Below, one piece after another: positions 1 to 12,665 of a stretch of DNA of 64,000 nucleotides. Under the pieces are notes generated by a model. That model was not told the DNA's origin. It did no database searches and saw only the letters and a program-made list of their open reading frames with translations. The stretch is taken from the NCBI GenBank assembly GCA_046563655.1, contig CM102283.1, positions 1,488,001 to 1,552,000 on the forward strand, written 5' to 3'. The position numbers and the translations under genes were made by a program. This stretch comes from Yuukianura sp. NJ FZ-2021 (Eukaryota). Each line of letters opens with the position of its first letter. Positions within the stretch are counted from its first letter, which is position 1.

Positions 1-3000
1 ACAGAACTTCAGAATCCTTGAGAATGCAATTATGAAAGATTTATAGCTTTCGGGTCGGTTGCCGGGAAATCGAATGTCACTGTCCAGGATGAAAATGTTA
101 CTGAAGCTCTACCATTGGTTCATACTGTCCGTAACATCGATTTAAACATATATTTTACTTAAACTCGATTAACACCACATATAAATCATTTAAAAAGTGC
201 TCTGGTATAAATTTATTCACTCTTGGAAAACTGAAGTCACAACCTTTTGAATGCAGAGAAAACGTCAAATCTTGTTGAATAATTTTATAATTTGGAATTT
301 TCTTGATTTGTAAGAATGAGCAAGAAAAAACTACTTCTTGTTCAATTTATTTTTGTCTGTTTTCTGAGAATTCTAAAATTCTGAAGGTTTTCACAAAATA
401 AATTTCGCACCTTTTGAATTTTGCAAAAATTTGCAACGTGATTTGCACCCCGAATGAGCCGATATTTGATTGAGAAAAGGCGCCAGAGTGTGAAGTTAAA
501 AGAAGCTTCGATGGGCGAACTGCTCTTCTTCCTTCCTGCTCCACCGTGATCAGAATTCTTCTTACCGTACGTGTACGATATCGCGTACGTGATAGCACGT
601 ACACGTAACTTTCTTACTTTCTCTATCCTGAGCTTCATATTTGACGTTTCCCGCCAAAAGAAGAAGTTGCTAAGCGAAACTGTTCTGCTCAACTGTTTCA
701 CGTTTCTTCCAGAAATCCTGGAAAAACGGAAGGCGGAAGTTTAGTTCTTTTCAAGAAACCAATTGTTACACGCTTCGCTTATTCGCACTACCACCGGACG
801 CTTCCTTACGCTTCCGTTTCCTTTAACCCACTTTTCGAAAGACGAAGAACTTTTTGAAAAAGTATTTCAACAACTTACCATTTTTGAAACAAGTTTGCAA
901 CTAAAAATTTTAGGTTTATAGCTTGAGGAAAACGGGTAATTGGCTTCTTGTTTGTGATATCTAAAAGAACGAAGTCTTTTATTTAATTTTATCATTTTTC
1001 AAAAAAAAAAGACTCAGATTTTTGAAATAAAAAAGTTCATATTTAATAAGCAAGAACGGGGGATGCCGTTTCATAAAAGTTTCACAATGTCATAATTATT
1101 TTGCATGTAGTTCTTGTACATCTAGAAACAAAAATGCTAGGTTTAGTCGTTTTTTAACAAACTCATTAGTTTCAAATCAGGAATTTAAAAAAGTCTTTGT
1201 TTTTAACGCAAGTGTAGAATTAAGAAAGCGGAAATTGTTTGTCCTGAGAAACTGAAAACCCAGAATTATCCACTTTTGGGTTCCAGAGTGTCACCACCCA
1301 CTAAAGTAGAAACCTCTCAGCAATTGAACATGTCATGAACCAAAGGTCACGATAGGTCACGCACTCTGCAAATCTTTTTTTGAAATGCTAAGCATGAAAC
1401 TTATTTTCCTCACAATTCCGTTGGCCGTTCAAACTAATTAAAACGTCAGTTTTTCGACATTCTTCAGCTCAACAACTCGATAATGTCCCGTTTTTAATCT
1501 TTTGCACGCAAAAAACGCGTTAAGATTTTCATGAGTTGTGAATTTCCAAAACGAAAACATTTCACGCTTTTCCGAACTCAAATCAAAACGTTAGCACAAT
1601 TCAGCCAAACTTCTAAAAAAACGTCAGAGAAATTTTTGAGTAAACCTGAATAAGAAAAAAAATTCGGAAAAAAAAGCTCTATTGTTTGATTTGAGTTGAG
1701 CCGATTTTGTTTTATACTGTAAAAATCATTTTAGCTTGTTAGAAGTTTGCATGCAATTTGGAAGGATTTTCGCAATTTTGAAAAAAAAAATTGAAAACAA
1801 ACACACTTTTCCAAAAACGTGCAAAAAGAGTGCAAAAGAGTAAAGGTAAGAAGGATTTTGAAAAATGTAGGATCACAGGTGATCGCTATTAGGATAAGCT
1901 TGAATCCTGAATACATAAGGATATTGGAGTCCCAAAGTTCTTGGAAAATGGAAAAAGTTGAAAATCAAATTTACTCGCGTTTGCACGTTTCGTTGACCAA
2001 TTTTAAAAGATGTCCACTCAAGGACAGTAACGAAGTGGTCAAATGGCCCTCTAAAAGTTGAAGACTCAATTTGACAATTTTTGAAAACCAAATGGCCCAT
2101 GTTCACAATTTCACAAAATTACTGCGATGGAGTTATCCGCAATTCCGACCAAACGACAGCGCTCAATTTCTTTTTCCTTGGATCCCTACTTATCCACGGA
2201 GTAAACGGAAAGTTTTTTTCTGTGTAATAAATTATATTTTCTTAGTTTTAAAAAAAGTTTCACTGCTTCCTAAAGTTCGCCTTTTAGTGAAGATATTAAA
2301 ATGCTAAAATCTTAGTTATTATGCCTAAAAAGGTCATGAATACTTAAGTAAGCAGAAGCGGGAAAATTTGAATCGACCCACCATGGTGGTACACACCCAC
2401 CACGCACCCCACCATTAACCTTTATTTTTAAGTTAGGTTCGATATACATTTAAACATATTTGAAAAGCAGTTTTAAAACCGCCGCCGTGAAGTCCAAACC
2501 ACCACAAATCCAATTCGGTCACATTTTCACATTGCCAAAATTTTCCGCAATTTCACATTTTGACTGCAGTTCTCTCTAGGGTTTAAAAAACGCATTTAAA
2601 TGTTAGGCTATTTTCAAATTTAAGGATTCAAAAACCATCTCTTTGATAAGAAATTATTTTTATCAAAATTTAATATCAAAGTTTTTAAATTCAGCTTAGG
2701 TTTATTACAATTCCTAATAAGCAGGGATGTCAAAAATATGTGCTAAAAACCCCCGAAATATGGACAAAGCAAATACGTTTTTTAAAAATCGCCCAAATAT
2801 TTACTTATATTTAACATTAAGTGCATGGGGAAATAAATAAATATTTAGAAACAAAAAACCCCCAAATATTTTCTTTGTTAACATTACAGGCATGGAGAGA
2901 GTGTATCATTTTAAACAATTTAAAAGTATTTTAAACTAGTTGAAACCTGATGACGATGAGAGTAACTCCGTCCACTGATTCTCTGCTAATTAATACTTTT

Positions 3001-6000
3001 GAAAAGTTACACAAACAAGTTGAAAGTGAAAACCACTCAATTAGCAGACTATTCAAAAGGCTCAATTTTACTAATTTTCTGAAACTAATAGATTCAAAGA
3101 AAAAAGGAAGCTGGAAAGTAGCATATGTGTGCAAATAATTTTTTCTGAAAATAAAATTTTAATTCTCGCCTTTACAAATTCAAGATTTTTCATTTCTTCC
3201 TTCATTTCATTTCTATGTTTCCAATTCTTTGAAAAATTATTTAGGAAACTCTAATTATTTTTTGGTAGAATAAAACTGCAGCATTTAAACCAATCTCGAG
3301 GAAAAACTTATAGATCTCAAACAAATTCTGAAAAAAAAATTATAAAAAAAAATATTAGAAAAAACTTTAGTTCCCTTTTAAAAATTCAAATGCGTTGGAG
3401 TGGAGCTTTGAAGAGTTGGAAGAAGAAAACTGCATCAAAAAATACTATTCTTTCTTCACATGGGTTTATGATTCAAACCGAGCTCGTTTTTTGCTAATCA
3501 AAGTGTTTTTGGAAATGTAAGCTAGAACCTTTTTGGAGTTTGCCAGTTAATTGATTTGTATTGATCCATTGGCAGGCATTATGAATGGCCTAAGTACTTA
3601 TGTTTTATGCATTGTTTGCTTAAGTGCCATGTTCTCTCTCTACTTTTGGTGACTAAAGAACACAAAAGGATTTTTGGGGAAAGCATTTCCACAAAAGTTT
3701 GTTGACATGAAGCCCTGTTTATGTTTCGCAGCCACACTGCTCCAGCACACAAATGGAATTCTGGCGTTCACAATTTTTTGCTATGTACGATTTTATTTGC
3801 GGCGTTTGCGATTTTTGCAATTTACGATTCTATTTCTGATGTTCCCGATTTTTCCAATTTTTGGGAAAAAAAAACTTGGTCTTCTTCTGTGTCATTTATG
3901 CATTACGTCGTTGCTCCACAGAGACGAAGGAATAAGGGATACAAGATGAGCAGCGTAAGCGGAATTGCAAATTGGAGCAGGCGTATGCCAACTACACTAC
4001 TATTTTTTTTATTCTCCGAACTGTTGGGTGGATTTGAACCCACGGAAAAAACCAAACAATTCTATGCGACCTGCTTTTTCTGTTGCTGTTGAAGTCGAAG
4101 AAAGTAGGAATTTCTCAGGAGAATTAAGTTTGTATCTTTGTGCTTCCTTGGACTGGAGAGTGTGAACTGAATTTGATGACAGTGACGAGGGAGCTGTATT
4201 CACTCCACTTCAAACACATGCAGACATGAACTACGTCTGCACCTACAAAATACCCGGGTAACAAGTCCCTAGAAAACTCCCGCCTTTTTTGAATTTGACC
4301 TCCAGGACGAAAGATCCCATTTCAATTGGACTCCAGAAATGACGGAAGCCTGGAGCGGAGGGGACGGGAGCAGAAGAAGGTGAACTCCATTGTCATCCAG
4401 GGACCAAATTACTTTTACTGTTGTCAAAGGTTAGGCTAGTCTAACATAACCTAGAACAAAGCGGAAGTTCATTCATTTCCTTTTACACAGGACAAAGGTC
4501 ACCAGAGGTCACGCTCATTTTGAACAATTCGATATCTCACACGAGTTTCCGAATAGCCGAAAGTTAACAAATGACCGGAATTCCGTTTTTGGCACCCCAA
4601 CGAAAACGGTAGTACAAAAAATGAGCATTTTCCTTTCATTTTTCATTTGAAGTGACGATGACAGAATGTCGCTGTCCAGAAGAAAATATATGATCGCTTG
4701 TGTTACTTAACTTTCGTTTAGCGTCTTATCTTCTGACGAAGTGAATTAAGCTAACCCGAATAACCTGAAATGAGTTAACCTAACTAGCCTAATCTTCTCT
4801 TTCTCACATCTTGTACAAGAAGTTACAGAAGCTCTTCACATGATTATGGTCTTGATGAAAGCAAAAAGAGAAAGTGGCCATCGCTTTTCGTTCCAGTTGA
4901 CGCGAGAAAGAGGGAAGTTTGAAATGAATAGAAAGAGACAGCCCATCACTTAACTTGTTCTCATCGTCTTTAAGTGGAGGGCGAGTGAAGAAAGCGCGGG
5001 AAATTTTGAACGTCAACGTATTAAGGCATAAGGGTGGCTATCGTCCCCTGTCATAACTTTTCCGTTTTTGCTCCAAGCAAAACCTCCCGCCCGAGTTGAC
5101 TTTCACTTTTATTTGGCCCGACTTACTTTCTGTCCCTTTTGACCCTCCTCTCTCCACTTTCTCCTTCAAGGAAAAGGCAGCTATTTTGAGAATTTGTAGG
5201 GATTAAGGGCGGGAGGAAGATTAGAAAGTTATGAAGAACTTTGTTCCATCCAGTTAAGAGGAAGTGACACTCCGTCTTACACATTTCACTTGGATGTTAT
5301 TTCTAAGCATTACTCCCTACCCTACCCTAATCCTGCTAACTTCTTCAAAACACTAGTTGGAGGGAGTAACTAAAGCACAGAAGTCAGTATGACCTGTAGT
5401 AGCTTTAACATAGGCTCTAAAGTATTTGCTAGAAAAGGAATTCATATAATATAGAGCTGGAAGAAGCTAGAAAAGGAATTTATAAATATAGAGATGGAGG
5501 GAGTAACTATAACATAGGAGGCAGTTCGAGTTGGAGCTGGAGGGAATAACTATCAGGTCAATGGTTTAAACAAAAGTGGATACGACAATTCAAGCTGTAC
5601 ATTTTTAAGAATTTTTTTTGTATACATATTCCAGTTTTTAAGAAAACATTCTCAATTCAGTTTTTATTTTGCTACTGAAGGAAATGTTAGGTTTTTCAGC
5701 ATAAATTGTTATAAAGTTCACCAAAAGTTGTTTCTGAATTTGTTTTTCCTTTTGATTTTTTGAAGCAAGAAATATGGTTGTTGGTAGAATTTGTTCTAAA
5801 AGTCAAATTGAGGAGATAGGAAAAGTGAAAGGTCGACGCAAAAGAGAAAGTTATGTCTTGGGAATGTCTTTTGAAAAATCAGTATAGTTTCAGATGGAGG
5901 ATCAGTTTATGCACTTAGACAGCAGGAGGGAGAGGTTCCTTTGAAAGAAGGAAGCAATAACAGTTTTGAAGCTGGGGGAGGGAGTAACTACTGAGCATCG

Positions 6001-7405
6001 TATATTTCGGTGTATTCGGATTTCCGCTTAAAATTCTGCGGATGTTGCACACTTTTTGGTCTTTGTCGTTTTCCTCTGCTCAACGGATCAGTAGCAGTTA
6101 TGCAAATAAAAGAAAAAAGGGTTTGGCTATTCGTCGGAATAAATTGGAGATCTGTCGTTAGAATGCTGCAGAGGAATAGTGAGGTCTCTCTAGATCCGGG
6201 TTGTGGGTAGGATACAATACAATTAAGGGAGACTAAGAATAGTAGATTTAGTTAAATTATCCTAACGAACAAGGACTTGATTTGAAGAGTTTAGCAGAAC
6301 CTTCCTAACTCACTAATTCAGAAAATCACAAACTCCTGCTACTGAAGACTTTGAGTTTCTGATGCTAATCTGCAGTCCAAACTCTCCCGCCGTTTTTTGT
6401 TGTTGTTGACAAAGGAGTGACTGGTGTGCACATCAGTGACCTTCTCAGGCTACCCGCTACACTTTGAAATTGAACCGAAAATGCGGGACTTACGAATGTA
6501 ATTTTATACGGCTATATATAATACGGCTATGGAGATTTTGAAAGAAAAAATTCAGAGCTATATTACTTTATGTGCGTTTTTGTAGATTTCGAAACGGATT
6601 TTTGGCGGTTTTGGAGTGGATTTGAAATTTTCAATTTGGCTTATTCTGAAGCTGCGGTGGTTTCGGAAGTGGATTGTGGGCTAGGACGGGCTGGGCAGTT
6701 GAGCGGGAATTTGGATTTGGCGGTAAATTTAAAGCGATAAGAAAAGTGAAAGCCGGGGCGTCATATTTTTTCCGATCCGAAGTGGTTTGCAAATCTTTTC
6801 AAAGTGGATTCATTTCCATACGGATCTTGATACAGTAAAAAACAGATTTTGACGTTGGTGCAAGCTTCAAAATTTTTTGGATATGGCAGCTGTACGCATG
6901 CGGCTGCGTAGTTATGCAGGCCTAGCCTATGAAACTTTCTTGAAAATTACATTTTTCAAAAAATATTTGAAAGTTGCATGGAAAGTTTTTTCGTGGAGAG
7001 ATGAGAGATCAGCACAAATCTGGACCAGAATCACTTAAGTGCCTTAGTCACTTAAAATCTCTCCCGAATGTGCTTTTGAAAGACTTTTGAGGTCATGAAC
7101 TCTTTCAATTTACTAAGAAAAAATCCCGCAAAAAATTACAGTTTCAAAAATTCGAGGAAATGTTTCTGACGTTGTCATTCGTTAAAACATAAAATCTGAA
7201 ACCAAAAATTTTAATTCAACTTTTTTCGCCGAATCTAGCTGTGTTGTTGCCCTAACAAATTTTCAAAATTCAGAACTAAAACTGAAACAACAACTAAGCA
7301 TAAATATGCTACTATAATTAGAACAGCGTTCTGCTTGAGTTTTACATTTGAGTGCGTACATACTTTTTTCGAAATTCAAAATTTTTTGTGATTTTTTTTT
7401 CAAAA

Positions 7406-8335
7406 ATGGTTGGACAATGGATCAGCGACGGTTCACCGGAAATCCACATCAGTTCGGATGGCACTGAAGTCGAAAGTGTCATGACCGACGAATCTTCTTG
7501 GGGGAACGTTTTCAATGCCATTTGGAAAGAAGCTGAAGAGGGCGCCACTACTGGAACACACTACTGGAAAATCCACATCACAAATTTGGCACCCAACTCA
7601 TCCGTTTTTGTTGGATTCACAGATTTGGAGAAATTCAAAAAAGGCTGGGCCATGAAGGGGCTCTTCTACGGTGGAAATCTTTCAAACGGCTCAGCTCTCG
7701 TTCTCGGTGACTTTGGACCTAGTATTAAATCTGGCAACACTGTCGGAATGTTGGCAGTATTCGACAAGGAGAAGCTCAAAATGTGGTTTGACCTTGACGG
7801 AGAGCCTTTGGGTCAAGCCTTTGACCTTCCAGAGTCAACACTCAGTGGAATATTTCCGTGTGTCCATTTCAGTGGACCAGGCAAGGCAACTATTGCCAAG
7901 AGTGACGAAGTTCCGACGGAGTTGAATCGACGAGAGCCAGTTTACGAAGGAATTGAAGGAAACTGGAAATGCTTGGAATTCAAAGGAGCAACGCCCACTA
8001 CGGAAGTCACCTTGGGAATTTTTAAAAAAGAAGGTGGCGCTGCAGGGTTCGATGTCAGCTTGCATGTACAGAATCATATTCATTATGGAATTCGTCATGA
8101 TGCTTGTATTGGAAAATGGGTGGCTTATGGTGGAATCAGTACACGGATGGGTGGCCCACCGGAACTTATGAAATTGGAACATGACATGAAAGACTTGTTT
8201 GCAAATCCGGGCAAGGTTAAACTTGAAGAAGGACTTCTGGTGGCGACCAGTACTTCCGCTGCTACTTCCAAATGGCAACGATACTCTATTGCTAAAGGCC
8301 CAGTTACCGAAAGTCCTTTTGCTGAAGAAAACTAA
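7406..8335 (+). CDS. SPRY/B30.2-domain protein with C-terminal META (HslJ-like) domain; intronless
   Basis: ATG 7406. SPRY-like motifs TGTHYWKI, VFVGF, GNTVGML, LDGEPLGQAF, IFPCVHF. C-terminal GNWK...ISTRMGGPPELMKLE...EGLL resembles META domains. Confidence 0.7.
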   Translation: MVGQWISDGSPEIHISSDGTEVESVMTDESSWGNVFNAIWKEAEEGATTGTHYWKIHITNLAPNSSVFVGFTDLEKFKKGWAMKGLFYGGNLSNGSALVLGDFGPSIKSGNTVGMLAVFDKEKLKMWFDLDGEPLGQAFDLPESTLSGIFPCVHFSGPGKATIAKSDEVPTELNRREPVYEGIEGNWKCLEFKGATPTTEVTLGIFKKEGGAAGFDVSLHVQNHIHYGIRHDACIGKWVAYGGISTRMGGPPELMKLEHDMKDLFANPGKVKLEEGLLVATSTSAATSKWQRYSIAKGPVTESPFAEEN

Positions 8336-10763
8336 CTACTTCGAGATAAACGATGGTCAACATTGGCAGCATATATTTTTAACTTTAAAAAGAACGCAAA
8401 CAAGATTTTTCGTAGTTTTCCAAATTTTGGTAGTTAAAAAATAATTTAAAAGTTGGTTGACAATAAATAACTTCTGAAATGGGGCATCCCAAGTACAATG
8501 GATGCTCCAAATCCTAAAGGAAACTTTGGTAATACTTTCAGAATGCAAAACTATCCAAAGATTTATTAAATTAAAACTTTAGTTCTAGTTAAAAAGAATA
8601 AAAATCAAAAATCCCCTTCACAGGTTTGTCTGAAACCTAAAAGATTGCAATTAGAATGAAAATGATTTCAAAATGACGAAAAGAAAAAGGTTTCACGAAA
8701 ATTTTCTCTGCGCTTTCAACTTTCACTTTCAACTTTTTTCAAAAAAAATTCTCATGAAATATTTTTGCGGCTCAGACTGCTCGTTACGTCCAATTAATTT
8801 GGATTCTGATAGAGTTACTTTCACCGCAGTTTTTTTTTTCGCAGACTGAAATGAAAGTCGGAATTGCTTTTGATCACGAAAAAAGTGGCAGAAAACGACT
8901 TCCCAAAAAACGGTTAGTTATCATTAGTGTGCCGTTTGGTGGTTTTGGATTCAATCACTTTCACTTTCCTCTTCTGGTAGTTCAATAAAAAAGGTTGGGC
9001 GGTAATTTGAAACGTTCCTCTGATTCTGTGAATTAGAGTGCCAAAAAAAAAATGTTCGGATTCTGTGGATTAGTCTGCTTCGTCCGCAGTATGTGATGAA
9101 GCTGCTGTAGCGATAAAACGAAGCTTTTTCTTTTCCTCTGACCCGGTTTTTTTTCTTTTCGATTTGAGCTCCATCATAATTCATCAGTCTCACCTCATCT
9201 ATCAAACTTTCTCCACTTTTTTTTGCGGAAAAAACTTCAACATTAGGGAGAAAGTTATTTCAAAACATCCGCCACAAGGAACTTCCTGTTTCACTACGTT
9301 CCAGTTTAGGTTAACCTTACGGTTAGGCTGGAGTCGATTAAGGTTAGGGTAGACTTTGAACCTAATTTAGGTTAGGATATACTCGTCAGAGTCTATTTAC
9401 TAGGTGAGCTCATGCACCTAAACAACTATTTTCTTTTCTTTTCTTTAAATTTCATGGAAAAGCAAAACACGGAGGTCTTGGAAAATCACGTACGAAAGAA
9501 AGCGGGAGAAAGTTGGAGTAAATTGAAACCGGAACAGGCGTCCTTGGGGAGGAGCAAATAACAATTGTATACCCTAACCCATACTTTAGTAATAAACAAA
9601 CAACCTACGCAGAAACAACAGTTGGCTGAATGGCCTTTACACTTTACAATTTCACAAACGTTAAATTGCCAAATTCACACAAATAGCCACGTGTAAAAGT
9701 AACCACAACTTAAGGTTTTGTGGACATTCAGACATCGCTTCAAAATTTTTGAAAAATGTCAAATTTGAAACAACTTTCCTCGTGCAGAGTGGCTTGAATA
9801 TTATTAAAAATTGACTTTTTAGAATTTTGGCTAGAATTTTTATATAGCCGTTATGACAGGAGTTGAAGGTTTTTGAAAATGAAAAAACTAGGAAATTTTA
9901 ATTTTGTGGAACAAAAGAGTCGGAACATGACTGCGGCTTGTTCTACGCAGGAATTAATTGAATTTGGGGAATAAATTAAGCTTTTTCCTTCTGTAAGCGT
10001 CAACTTAACAGGCTGCGTTCCAGGAATACAAAATAGTTTTGACGACAATTCTGTTTTGGAATATTAACCCACCATTCTCCATGCTCTTGAAATGGTAATT
10101 GAAAAAAATGAAAATTTTTTGAATTTCAACATACGTGTACAAATGAAGTAATTATCTTCAAAAGCGGAATACTTAAAAACTTTATGTCAAGGTTATTAGA
10201 ATAAAAATTGAAATAAAATGGCGGCACGCTTTAATTAACTAAAGAAATATCTTAAATATCTTCTGTGTATAAAGTACGAAGCGGGAAATATTTTAAGGAC
10301 AATTTTGAAGTTGAAATTAATTAGCTGAGTTAGTAGAAATTAATTATAAGTTGAGAATAGGCTTAGGGGCGGACACCCCAAGTGGTGAAAGTAAGTTAGG
10401 ATTTATGTTCGTACTTTCTTGTTCTGAAGCCACTGCAGCGATGCTCAGCATGCGGGCATATTTGTATGTTGTAGTTTATGTGTTTCGGACAACCCAGGGT
10501 ACAAAGGCGCGGCAAAATTTGAACAGACATGGCACACTCATAAATTTTCCGCTTTGTTTTCCTTACTGAATTGTTCATGTCTTTTGTCAAACAAAGTCAG
10601 GCGGAAGAGGTTCTAACTTATTATTGCGCAAGGAATACGACTAAAGAATTATATCTCACTATCTGAATATGCACCAGACATTGGCGACATATTGACAGGT
10701 TTGAGTTTAGTAAAATACTACAACTAAAGTCAATTTAGCAATATGTGTTTGTTTTTTGATTTT

Positions 10764-11487
10764 TTACATTAAAAATTTTGGTTCCTCTTTGTTCCTAGCC
10801 GCACGAACGTTTTCCTCCCACTGTTTCTGGCAACTCCTTTGCCTAAATATGGAAGACAAGTCGTTTACTGCATTGGACAAAGCTGATCCAAAAATTGGCA
10901 GTAAACTTGGCCCCACCAAATTGGTCCCCACCTTACGAGCCGTTTTATCTTGATCACTAAACGCCACGCCGAATTTGAGAAATGTAACGAAATGTTCGCA
11001 GTTGAAGTCACTCAAGTTGTAGTAAAGTTTGGACCGTGGATTGTTCAATAACAAATTAACCGTGTCACTGATCTCCGTAAAAGAATTGGGATTTGAATTG
11101 GACTTGTTATTGATTCTGGTTCTCGAGTTTCCTACATAAAGACATAGTAAGCAATTTAATTTCGGAATAGTATTATTTTTTACATTATTTTTAGTATTAT
11201 ATTTAGATTTTTTTACAATGTAACAACTACTAACCTGCAACTTCCTTCAAATTATCAATTGTAATTTTTCCAGGTACGAATTTGAGGGCATTGTTTTTGT
11301 CAAATTCACCAGACTCTGGATTAAAATGAACAATGGTGTCTTGGCTCATACTAAGAGCCCAGTGGCGATAACCGGATCGTTCAAATTCAATTAAGTCGCC
11401 TTGTATTGGGGATATTTTGTCCACGCTGGACCAATCCGGAGTTTTCAGTTCGTTAATGATTTCGGGTAACAGATTTGTAGGAAGCAT
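10764..11487 (-). CDS. LRAT/HRASLS (PLAAT) family NlpC/P60 acyltransferase/phospholipase, 2 exons
   Basis: GDLIEFER.GYRHWAL...VHF in exon 1 (11487-11235) and YNL..FNCEHFV catalytic motif in exon 2 (11131-10764). GT-AG intron 11132-11234 joins the frames. Confidence 0.85.
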
Positions 11488-12070
11488 GATTGTAAGTGTT
11501 CTGTCTTAGAATATCTGCAAGACACTGACTTGCTAGTTGCTATGCCTCACTTCACAGTGTACGCAATGGGTTGATACGGGTGACCTTGGAATCATGACGC
11601 TGCAAACAGAATTCGTCTGAAGCCACTTCACATCCCTCATGATATAAGTGCAGAGAAGTTAAGTTCGCGAGTTTATTTTAGCGACAGTCAGATGACCTTG
11701 AATCTCTAAGGAAAGTCAAAACAGTGAGTTCCAACTTAACCAAAGTTGAGACGGTGCAGAAAGTAAATTCTGGTTGGTTTCACGTTCTCGTTTCTGAACG
11801 TGTTGCAACTTTTAATTAATCTCAGTTAATTAATTGTGCTCCTATTAGGTTTAAAAATTTTCCGTAAACTAACTATAGTGAGTCTCCAGATCATGTCAAA
11901 AGTCCTGTAAATTAACATAGTTTAATTCTGTGCAGCAGATACTGCAGTTACAATTATTGAGAGACGCAAACCAACACTTTACCTTGGTTTGTTGCTTGAA
12001 AAATATTTCAACTGGAATGTTCAAAAATTGCAGCGAAAAGTCCGTGCACGGTATTAAGATTATCGAAGCA

Positions 12071-12408
12071 GACCAATTCCTAAACACAGTCAATTCGTAA
12101 GCACGGTCAATTCGTAAGCAAATCTTTCCGCATGGTTATGTTTCCGTTCTGTAAGGTTAGGTTTTTAAGCTTTTAATTGAATCTAGATTATACTGTGTTA
12201 GGTTAGGCTAGGTTAGGCTTTTTAGGATATTTTTTCTTCAAAATTTTGAAATAGAAATAGGTTTTGCGAGGCTTACGAAAGCACTGCTTACGAATTGGGC
12301 TGCTTACGAATTGACCATGCTTATGAATTGACCGTGCTTACGAATTGTCGGCTTACGAAATTGAGCTTACGAATTGACTGTTTACGAATTTGAGCTTAGG
12401 AATTGACC
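12071..12408. repeat. Foldback/MITE-like element whose inverted arms are built of GCTTACGAATTGAC subrepeats
   Basis: GTCAATTCGTAAGC copies at about 12089-12119 face about 9 reverse-complement-like copies at about 12270-12408. The centre has GGTTAGG motifs. Confidence 0.6.
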
Positions 12409-12665
12409 TGGAACCAAGATTATATCGTTTTTTTTTAAGCAAGATTAGTAAATTTTAAAATAAACCAATAGAATCACTATTTTTCGAATCTGAGTTTCTA
12501 CCAATACTGAAACACTAGACTCAGTACAAGATTACTGTAAAGTTTTAATCCTAACACTGTTGTACCCATGGTGTATGTTGTTTTTTAATTTTTCTGTGCA
12601 TATTATATCCAAGGAAGTAGGGTAGTTTCTTGATACGTTCTTTTTACCCTTTAACTTGGTTTCAA

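Noticed and set aside
1-7300. Short ORFs and possible exons (e.g. 3674-4400), GGAGGGAGTAACTA repeats at about 5360-5990, and an imperfect palindrome at about 568-607
   Set aside because: No coherent spliced ORF or recognisable domain could be built; probably intergenic or decayed repeats.
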